From Candidatus Omnitrophota bacterium (GTDB lineage: Bacteria > Omnitrophota > Gorgyraeia > JABMRG01 > JAFGKX01), in NCBI GenBank assembly GCA_043797125.1, contig JAZDPX010000045.1:72338-136337 (forward strand): DNA of 64,000 nt, in the 5' to 3' direction. Of this stretch, positions 56,959 through 64,000 are shown one piece after another. Both the position numbers and the translations under genes were made by a program. Position 1 is the first letter of the stretch. Each line of letters starts with the position of its first letter. Below the pieces are notes generated by a model, which saw only the letters and a list, made by a program, of their open reading frames with translations, did no database searches and had not been told where the DNA came from.

Positions 56959-58533
56959 ATGTTACAAAACCTAACCCCCGCTGCGCTTATTCTCATTGCC
57001 TTAGTCTCATGGGTGGTTATATTTTTCTTGGGATATGCTGTTAGCAAATATTCCGGCAGAATGAAACTCGCCTCTTCAAGAGAAAAGGCCAAGACCATTC
57101 TAGAGCAGGCAAAAAAAGAAGCTGAGAACGCGCGCAAGGAAGCAGAGCTTGAAGTCAGGGACGCAAAGCTTAAGATGCGCTCTGATTTTGAGCAGGAAAC
57201 AAAAGACAGAAGGCAGGAATTAGCGGCATCGGAGAAAAGACTGACGCAAAAAGAGGAAAACCTAGACAGAAAAGTTGACCTCTTAGACGGAAAAGAGAGA
57301 AAACTTGGCGAGTCGGAGAAAGAACTCATTAGAAAACAACAGTCAATAGAAAGCGTGAAGTCCGAATTAGACCAGCTGCTTGTTAAGGAAAAAGAGCAAC
57401 TGCAGAGGATCACCAGGATGACCGCGGAAGAAGCGAAAAGAGAGCTGTTGGCAAGGACAGAAAAGGAAGTAAGACAGGAAACAGGCGCCATAATAAAGCG
57501 CGTGGAAGACGAGACAAAAGAACTCGCGGACAAAAAGGCGCGCAACATAATCAGCATGGCTATGCAAAGATGCGCCGCGGAGCACACCGCGGAATCAACA
57601 GTGAGCGTGGTAAGTCTGCCCAACGATGAAATGAAAGGCCGCATAATAGGCAGGGAAGGAAGAAATATCCGGGCCTTAGAAACAGCAGCAGGCGTTGATG
57701 TGATTGTTGATGATACTCCTGAGGCAGTTACATTATCCAGCTTCGATATGGTAAGAAGGGAAGTGGCGCGCATTTCTTTGGAGCGGCTGATAGAAGACGG
57801 GCGTATCCACCCCGGGCGCATAGAAGAAGTAGTTGAAAAAGTAAAAAAGGAAATGGAAATAACAATAAAAGATGAAGGCGAGAAGGCTGCCTTTGACCTT
57901 AACATCCACGGCCTGCATCCGGAAATAATAAAGCTCTTGGGCAGGTTAAAATACAGGACAAGCTACGGGCAAAACGTGTTGCAGCATTCAAAAGAAGCAG
58001 CTTATCTTATGGGAGTCTTGGCAAGCGAAGTAGGCCTTGATTTTAACCAGGCAAAAAGAATAGGCCTTTTGCATGATCTTGGAAAGGCAGTGTCTTACGA
58101 AGTGGAAGGACCGCACGCGAAAATAGGCGCTGACTTAGCAAGAAAATACAGAGAAACAGAGGCTGTTATACACGCGATAGAGGCACATCACCAGGACATA
58201 GAAGCCCGCTCTGTTTTTGCGGTGCTTGTGCAGGTGGCTGACGCCATAAGCGCTACACGCCCGGGAGCCCGACGGGAAACCCTGGAAAGCTATGTAAAGA
58301 GGCTCGAGACGCTAGAAGCAATAGCAGACTCGTTTAAAGGCGTAGCCAAGTCTTTCGCGATACAGGGAGGCAGAGAAGTAAGGATAATAGTTCAGCCTGA
58401 TAAATTAAACGAACTTGAGGCAATTACTTTGGCCCGCGATATAACCAAAAAGATAGAAGAGGGCCTGGAATATCCCGGCCAGATTAAAGTAACGGTGGTC
58501 AGGGAGACAAGGGCAGTGGAGTATGCTAAGTAG
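56959..58533 (+). CDS. rny: Ribonuclease Y
   Basis: N-terminal TM, coiled coil, [13 protein letters not shown] (KH), LLHDLGKA (HD), RPGARRE. Confidence 0.98.
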   Translation: MLQNLTPAALILIALVSWVVIFFLGYAVSKYSGRMKLASSREKAKTILEQAKKEAENARKEAELEVRDAKLKMRSDFEQETKDRRQELAASEKRLTQKEENLDRKVDLLDGKERKLGESEKELIRKQQSIESVKSELDQLLVKEKEQLQRITRMTAEEAKRELLARTEKEVRQETGAIIKRVEDETKELADKKARNIISMAMQRCAAEHTAESTVSVVSLPNDEMKGRIIGREGRNIRALETAAGVDVIVDDTPEAVTLSSFDMVRREVARISLERLIEDGRIHPGRIEEVVEKVKKEMEITIKDEGEKAAFDLNIHGLHPEIIKLLGRLKYRTSYGQNVLQHSKEAAYLMGVLASEVGLDFNQAKRIGLLHDLGKAVSYEVEGPHAKIGADLARKYRETEAVIHAIEAHHQDIEARSVFAVLVQVADAISATRPGARRETLESYVKRLETLEAIADSFKGVAKSFAIQGGREVRIIVQPDKLNELEAITLARDITKKIEEGLEYPGQIKVTVVRETRAVEYAK

Positions 58534-58609
58534 TTAATGGTCTATAGTCTATAGTCAATAGTCTATGGGAATTGTTTAACCATTGACCATCGACCATTGA
58601 CTATAGACC
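58531..58609. repeat. Inverted heptamer arrays (TCTATAG / CCATTGA)
   Basis: ttaatgg tctatag tctatag tcaatag tctatgg ... ccattga ccatcga ccattga ctataga cc. Confidence 0.9.
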
Positions 58610-58625
58610 AACATAGGAGTTTTTC

Positions 58626-59405
58626 GTGAACGTTTTATTAATCGGCGATATAACAGGCTCGCCGGGCAGGGAGGCGGTAAAGGCGCTTGTGCCCGGCTTA
58701 AAGAAGAAAGAAAAAATAGATTTTGTTATTGCTAACGCTGAAAACGCGGCAGGCGGAAGCGGCGTAACACCCGAGACTTGCAGCGAACTTCTGGATGCGG
58801 GAGTCAACGTGCTTACATCAGGCGACCACATATGGAAGCAAAAACAGGTCCTGGAAATAATCGGCACGGAAAAAAGACTGCTTCGCCCTGGCAATTATCC
58901 TGAAGGCGCCCCCGGTTCAGGCGCGGGCCTTTACGTCGCTGGAGATTTTTTAGTCGGCGTCATAAATGTGCAGGGCAGGGTGTTTATGGATCACATAGAT
59001 TGCCCGTTTAAAGCCGCAATGCGCTACGCGACAGAGCTGTCGAAAAAGACAAAGATTATTTTGGTGGATGTGCACGCGGAAGCAACAAGCGAAAAGATAG
59101 CCATTGGCTGGTATCTCGACGGGCTTGTATCCTGCGTATTCGGCACGCACACCCACGTGCAGACCGCTGACGATAAGATATTGCCGAAGGGCACCGCGTA
59201 TATAACAGATTTGGGGATGACAGGCCCGTTTGATTCCGTCATCGGCAGAAGAAAAGAACAGATATTGGAAAGATTCATCACGCGCATGCCCGTAAAATTT
59301 CAGGTCGCAGACAGCGACGTGCGCCTAAACGGCGCTATAGTTGATGTTGACGAGAAAACCGGCAAGGCCAGATCAATAAAAAGAGTTCAGATTGGAAAAG
59401 ATTAG
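58626..59405 (+). CDS. ymdB: YmdB-like metallophosphoesterase
   Basis: IGDITG.PGR, NAENAAGG, TSGDH, HAEATSEK, GTHTHVQTAD, D.GMTGP. Confidence 0.95.
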   Translation: MNVLLIGDITGSPGREAVKALVPGLKKKEKIDFVIANAENAAGGSGVTPETCSELLDAGVNVLTSGDHIWKQKQVLEIIGTEKRLLRPGNYPEGAPGSGAGLYVAGDFLVGVINVQGRVFMDHIDCPFKAAMRYATELSKKTKIILVDVHAEATSEKIAIGWYLDGLVSCVFGTHTHVQTADDKILPKGTAYITDLGMTGPFDSVIGRRKEQILERFITRMPVKFQVADSDVRLNGAIVDVDEKTGKARSIKRVQIGKD

Positions 59406-60636
59406 CGGTATAGGCGCAAAAAAGAAGATATACACGGTAAGCGAGCTTACAAGAGAGATAAGGTTTATCTTAGAGAACAGCTTTCCTGCTGTGTGGGTCG
59501 AAGGAGAGGTTTCGAATTTTACAAGGCACAGCTCAGGCCACTGCTATTTAAGCCTTAAGGATTCTGAAAGCGTAATTTCATGCGTTATATTCAAAAATAT
59601 AGCAGACACTCTCAAGTTTGACATAAAAGACGGCGTTCGCTTAATCTGCTTTGGCAGGATAAGTCTTTATAATAAAAGAGGGCAGTATCAGTTTTATATT
59701 GAAGAAGCAGAACCAAAAGGCGTAGGGGCGTTGCAACTTGCCTTTGAGCAGCTTAAGGAAAAGCTGCAGAAACAAGGACTGTTTGACCAATCTCATAAAA
59801 GGGCCATACCTATTTTGCCAAGCAGGATAGGTGTTGTAACCTCCCCCACAGGCGCCGCAATAAAGGACATACTTAATGTAATAGGCAGGCGTTTCCCCAA
59901 TATGCATATAATTTTATATCCTGCCAAGGTTCAAGGAGACGGCGCAAGCCAAGAAGTCAAAGAAGGCATAGAAGCATTTAACCGCCTGAAAAACGTGGAT
60001 GTAATAATAGTCGGAAGGGGCGGCGGAAGCCTTGAGGATTTGTGGGCCTTTAATGAGGAAGTCTTGGCGCGCGCCATATACAATTCAGGCATACCAATAA
60101 TATCAGCGGTCGGCCACGAGATAGATTATACGATAGCTGACTTCGTAGCTGATTTAAGGGCGCCGACTCCGTCCGCTGCAGCTGAAATAGTCGCAGGCAA
60201 AAAAGAGGATTTCCTGAATAATATCGAGAATTTAAATCAGCGGCTAAAAAGCGCCCTGATGGCGGAATTAGATTCGGCAAAAAACAAATTAGAGGCATTA
60301 AAACAAAGATACGCGTTCAAACAGCCGCTTTTTTTAATTCAGCAGAATTTTCAGAGAACGGATGACCAGACAAAAGCCCTTAACCAGAACATAAACCATT
60401 TTTTGCAGGAAAAGCAGCACCAGCTGGACAATTTATCCAGCACCCTTAAGGCCCTTAATCCGACAGCGATTTTATCAAGAGGCTACAGCATTACGGCAAG
60501 GGCCGCAGACGGCAAGATAATCAAGGACGCCGAAGAATTAAACGAAGGCGACATCATAAAGACGCGATTGGCAAAGGGTGAGGTAGAGAGCAGGGTTGAG
60601 AAAAAGGACTTATCCACAACCGTAGCGGAGCCTTAA
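59392..60636 (+). CDS. xseA: Exodeoxyribonuclease VII large subunit
   Basis: VWVEGEVSN, SGHCYLSLKD, TSPTGAAIKD, RGGGSLEDLWAFN, SAVGHE.D, APTPSAAAE. Confidence 0.97.
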   Translation: MEKISGIGAKKKIYTVSELTREIRFILENSFPAVWVEGEVSNFTRHSSGHCYLSLKDSESVISCVIFKNIADTLKFDIKDGVRLICFGRISLYNKRGQYQFYIEEAEPKGVGALQLAFEQLKEKLQKQGLFDQSHKRAIPILPSRIGVVTSPTGAAIKDILNVIGRRFPNMHIILYPAKVQGDGASQEVKEGIEAFNRLKNVDVIIVGRGGGSLEDLWAFNEEVLARAIYNSGIPIISAVGHEIDYTIADFVADLRAPTPSAAAEIVAGKKEDFLNNIENLNQRLKSALMAELDSAKNKLEALKQRYAFKQPLFLIQQNFQRTDDQTKALNQNINHFLQEKQHQLDNLSSTLKALNPTAILSRGYSITARAADGKIIKDAEELNEGDIIKTRLAKGEVESRVEKKDLSTTVAEP

Positions 60637-60651
60637 GGCTCCGCTACGGTT
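60610..60651 (+). repeat. DnaA box fused to a 34-bp GTAG palindrome (copy 2); contains the xseA stop
   Basis: TTATCCACA then accgtagcggagccttaaggctccgctacggtt. Confidence 0.9.
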
Positions 60652-60677
60652 ACAATGACACAGATCAGGGGGGCGCG

Positions 60678-61009
60678 ATGAAAGAGAAGGAGCAGGATTT
60701 TGAAGGCGCGATAAAAAAGCTGGAAGATATTGTCGAGGAACTGGAAGGCGGGGATGTATCTCTCAGCGACGCTATCAAAAATATGAAGAGGGCATGAAGC
60801 TTTCCCAGCTTTGCACAAAAAAACTGCACGACATCCAAAAAAGGATAGAGGTGCTTGTAAAAGATTCATCCGGCAATCTCTCGGCAAGAGAATTCCAGGC
60901 GGAAAAAGCTCAGGAGTCTAAAGAGAGCAAGCCTGCCTATCCGGCAGGTAAACCCGCGCAGGATAAAAAGCAAAAGAAGTCGAAAGGGGCGGAGGGGCTT
61001 TTGTTTTGA
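60678..61009 (+). pseudogene. xseB: Exodeoxyribonuclease VII small subunit, frameshifted by a 1-bp loss in the A-run at 60777-60781 (pseudogene or sequencing error)
   Basis: MKEKEQDFEGAIKKLEDIVEELEGGDVSLSDAIK then frame change; a sixth A restores KKYEEGMKLSQLCTKKL...IEVL. Confidence 0.85.
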
Positions 61010-61881
61010 AACCCGGCGCCTATTTAAAGAATAAACAAAGGCTGATAGACGACAAGTTAAACGCGCTTATTCCGGATGCAAAAAGTTTTCCGCCGCTGAT
61101 TTATCAGGCAATGCGCTACAGCATGGCAGACGGCAAAAGAATAAGGCCTATTCTTTGCATGGCCTGTGCTAAAATGTGCGCAGCCAGCGAAAAAGATTCT
61201 CTTCTTTGCGCCTGCGCAATTGAAATGATACATACGTATTCTCTGATACACGATGATCTGCCATGCATGGATAACGATGACTACAGAAGGGGCAGGCCTT
61301 CGTGTCATAAAAAATTCGATGAAGCAACGGCTGTTTTGGCCGGGGACGCATTAATGACGCTCGCTTATAATATATTGGCAGGCGCCACAAAAGGCCCCGG
61401 CATAAATAACCGTTTAATAAAAGTGCTGTCAGAGGCAACCGGCTCAAAAGGCATGATAGGCGGCCAGGTTGTGGACATAGGTTGCGCCCACAGCCCACAG
61501 CCCACCCCATACCATTCGCTTCGCTCAGGTACGGGGCAGGCAGCCCACAGACCAATGGATTTACCGACGATCGAGTACATAAACACCCATAAAACCGGCG
61601 CCTTGATAGCTGCCTCATGCAGGTTAGGCGCAATTATAGCGAGAGCCTCCAAGCGAAAAGAACAGGCAATTTTTAAATTCGGCGAATATATTGGATTTGC
61701 ATTTCAGGTTGTGGATGACATGCTGGATAACGAGGGCATGGCTAGGGTTATCGGTAAAAAGCGCTCGCATGTAAGGGCAAAAGATTTAATAGAAAAGGCA
61801 AAGGCCCAGCTTTCTACGTTTGGCAAAGATAAAAAGCCATTGCTGGATTTAGCGGATTTTATTTTAGAAAGAAAACAATAA
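61006..61881 (+). CDS. ispA: Polyprenyl (farnesyl) diphosphate synthase with an in-frame repeat insertion
   Basis: GKRIRP, EMIHTYSLIHDDLPCMDNDDYRRG, GMIGGQ, KTGALI, FQVVDD. Confidence 0.95.
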   Translation: MKPGAYLKNKQRLIDDKLNALIPDAKSFPPLIYQAMRYSMADGKRIRPILCMACAKMCAASEKDSLLCACAIEMIHTYSLIHDDLPCMDNDDYRRGRPSCHKKFDEATAVLAGDALMTLAYNILAGATKGPGINNRLIKVLSEATGSKGMIGGQVVDIGCAHSPQPTPYHSLRSGTGQAAHRPMDLPTIEYINTHKTGALIAASCRLGAIIARASKRKEQAIFKFGEYIGFAFQVVDDMLDNEGMARVIGKKRSHVRAKDLIEKAKAQLSTFGKDKKPLLDLADFILERKQ

Positions 61882-61883
61882 GC

Positions 61884-63782
61884 ATGTTGCTCGATTCCAT
61901 AAATTCCCCTCAAGATTTACGCAAACTCGCGCAGGAAAAACTGCCGGAACTTGCCCATGAAATAAGAAGCTTTATCATAAAAACTGTTTCTGAAACAGGC
62001 GGGCATCTTGCCCCAAGCCTTGGGGCTGTGGATGTTATTATCAGCCTTCATTATTGCCTGAATACGCCGAAGGACACTATTGTGTGGGATGTAGGCCATC
62101 AGGCATACGCGCACAAGATATTAACCGAAAGAAGAGATAAATTTCATACGTTAAGGCAAAGAGACGGGATAAGCGGTTTTCCTAACGCGTTTGAATCGGA
62201 ATATGACGCGTTTACCGTCGGGCATGGTTCTACCTCTATATCCACCGCGTTAGGCATGGCAGCAGCCCGGCGCATAAAAAAGATAAAAGACAAGACAATC
62301 GCGTTTATAGGAGACGGTTCTTTGGGCGGGGGCATGGCGTTTGAGGCGCTAAATCACGCAGGCCAGCTGCAGGAAGACCTGCTTATTGTTTTAAATGACA
62401 ACGAGTTTTCGATATCGCGCAGCGTCGGAGCTTTCAGCAAATATTTAAACAGGGTCCTTACAAACCCCATATACAACCGCATAAGGACGCAGATGCAGGA
62501 TGTTGTAAAACGCATTCCCAAGGTTGGTTCAGCAACATTTAACGCGGCCAGAAAACTGGAAGAGGCGTTAAAAAATTTACTCGTACCCGGTATAATATTT
62601 GAAGAGATGGGCATAAGGTATTTTGGCCCGGTAGACGGACACAACATAAACGCGACGATAGGCCTGTTAAAAAATGTGATACCCATTAAAGGGCCGCGCA
62701 TAATTCACGTTGTTACAAAAAAAGGCAAAGGTTATGAGCTTGCGGAAAAATCACCCCACAGATTCCATGGCACCACGCCTTTTAATATAGACAGCGGCGA
62801 GAATAAAACTGCAAGCAGTTTTAGTTTTACAGACGCGTTCAGCCAGAAACTTATTGAGCTTGCAAGCTCAGACGATAAAATTATTGCCGTAACAGCAGCC
62901 ATGCCGGAAGGCACGGGCCTTGACGCGTTTCATGAAAAATTCCCAAACAGATTTTTTAATGTCGGCATAGCCGAAGAGCACGCCGTAGGCCTGGCAGCGG
63001 GCCTTGCAAAAAGCGCTCTTGTGCCTGTTGTCGCGATTTATTCCACATTTTTGCAGCGTTCATACGATCAGATAATACACGATGTGGCGCTGCAGAATTT
63101 GCATGTTGTGTTTTGCCTTGACAGGGCAGGCCTTGTGGGCGAGGACGGGCCTACGCATCACGGAAATTTCGATATAGCGTTTATGCGCCACGTCCCGAAT
63201 ATTGTATGTATGGCGCCAAAGGACCAGCAAGAACTCATGGATATGCTTGAATTCGCCATATACAAGGTTAAAGGCCCTGTGGCGATACGCTACCCCAGAG
63301 GTAGCGTGACCCAAAGACCAGGCAGCTCATCTAGTAGCGCAGGCTTAAGCCTGCGCTACTCTGGCGGAGCAGAGATTCAACTCGGCAAGGCAGAAGTTTT
63401 AAGAGAAGGCAAGCACGTAGCCATATTAACAATCGGCTCAATGGCACAAGCCTCTTTAGAAGCCGCTGATATTTTATCGGAATATAAGATTTCAGCCGAG
63501 GTTGTTAATATGAGATTTATAAAGCCTATCGATGAAGACCTCATGAGAAAGCTTTGCCAGCGCATAAGGCATATTGTTACTGTTGAGGACGGCTGCCTTA
63601 AATGCGGGTTTGGTTCGGCTATTCTTGAGACAATAAATAAATCAGGAATAAAAAATTTAAGCGTAGAAACCTTAGGCCTGCCGGATGAATTCATTACGCA
63701 TGGGAAAAAAGACCAGCTTCTTTCGGATTATGGCTTAGATGCAAAAGGCATCGCTTCGACGGTGAAGGCCTTATTAAAGTAA
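61884..63782 (+). CDS. dxs: 1-deoxy-D-xylulose-5-phosphate synthase with an in-frame palindrome insertion (63333-63360)
   Basis: GGHLAPSLG, WDVGHQAY.HK, GDG...GGMAFEALN, IAEEHAV, YSTFLQR, DGPTHHG, IRYPRG. Confidence 0.98.
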   Translation: MLLDSINSPQDLRKLAQEKLPELAHEIRSFIIKTVSETGGHLAPSLGAVDVIISLHYCLNTPKDTIVWDVGHQAYAHKILTERRDKFHTLRQRDGISGFPNAFESEYDAFTVGHGSTSISTALGMAAARRIKKIKDKTIAFIGDGSLGGGMAFEALNHAGQLQEDLLIVLNDNEFSISRSVGAFSKYLNRVLTNPIYNRIRTQMQDVVKRIPKVGSATFNAARKLEEALKNLLVPGIIFEEMGIRYFGPVDGHNINATIGLLKNVIPIKGPRIIHVVTKKGKGYELAEKSPHRFHGTTPFNIDSGENKTASSFSFTDAFSQKLIELASSDDKIIAVTAAMPEGTGLDAFHEKFPNRFFNVGIAEEHAVGLAAGLAKSALVPVVAIYSTFLQRSYDQIIHDVALQNLHVVFCLDRAGLVGEDGPTHHGNFDIAFMRHVPNIVCMAPKDQQELMDMLEFAIYKVKGPVAIRYPRGSVTQRPGSSSSSAGLSLRYSGGAEIQLGKAEVLREGKHVAILTIGSMAQASLEAADILSEYKISAEVVNMRFIKPIDEDLMRKLCQRIRHIVTVEDGCLKCGFGSAILETINKSGIKNLSVETLGLPDEFITHGKKDQLLSDYGLDAKGIASTVKALLK

Positions 63783-63783
63783 G

Positions 63784-63821
63784 TTATCCACAACCGTAGC
63801 GGAGCCTTAAGGCTCCGCTAC
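63784..63821 (+). repeat. DnaA box fused to a GTAG palindrome (copy 3)
   Basis: TTATCCACA-acc-gtagcggagccttaaggctccgctac immediately after the dxs stop. Confidence 0.9.
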
Positions 63822-63828
63822 AGAAACT

Positions 63829-64000
63829 ATGAGCAAATTCAAAATTATCATAAACAAAGAACGATGCAAGGGTTGCGAACTTTGCGTGATTTTTTGCCCT
63901 AAGCAGGTTTTAAAAATAAGCAAGGAATTAAACAAAAAAGGCATTCATTTTGCAGAAACGGTAAACGAGAAAGACTGCACGGGATGTACGAACTGCGCGG
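63829..64000 (+). CDS. 4Fe-4S dicluster ferredoxin (probable 2-oxoacid:ferredoxin oxidoreductase delta subunit), partial
   Basis: MSKFKIIINKERCKGCELCVIFCP...DCTGCTNCA. Confidence 0.85.
   Translation, partial: MSKFKIIINKERCKGCELCVIFCPKQVLKISKELNKKGIHFAETVNEKDCTGCTNCA

Noticed and set aside
56823-57905. 360-aa minus-strand ORF
   Set aside because: Antisense to rny; no independent motifs.

Overview
This window spans the replication origin of a bacterial chromosome, most likely Omnitrophota (OP3). That assignment is inferred from the giant-gene N-terminus and gene order. Left arm (minus strand): dnaA-dnaN-dciA(DUF721)-gyrB-gyrA-tRNA-Glu, then a giant gene of more than 26 kb (more than 8,800 codons) that runs off the window edge. 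It has a perfect sigma70 promoter, and its frame is broken once, at a 7/8-bp tandem-repeat tract near codon 340. The giant protein is a string of enzyme/effector-like domains (ATP-grasp-like, M48 peptidase, AarF/UbiB kinase, GNAT-like, RelE/ParE-like, TPR) separated by two families of repeated zincin-like spacer modules. Right arm (plus strand): housekeeping genes rpmH, yidD, yidC, jag-N, parAB, ndk, yicC, gmk, rpoZ, split coaC/coaB, thrS-infC-rpmI-rplT, ktrBA, pheST, hldD, 6S RNA, rarA, ygfA, rny, ymdB, xseAB, ispA, dxs. The Cys-Val-Leu tRNA cluster holds two integrase-free nuclease elements. One is a GIY-YIG gene flanked by a 21-bp duplication of the tRNA-Val 3' end. The other is a LAGLIDADG gene lying between a tRNA-Leu 5' half and a different, complete tRNA-Leu whose UAA anticodon is the gene's stop codon. 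Intergenic and some coding DNA carries many small repeats: locus-specific inverted heptamer/octamer arrays, nested palindromes, and GTAG palindromes fused to perfect DnaA boxes. All translations and alignments were done by eye; no database searches were run.
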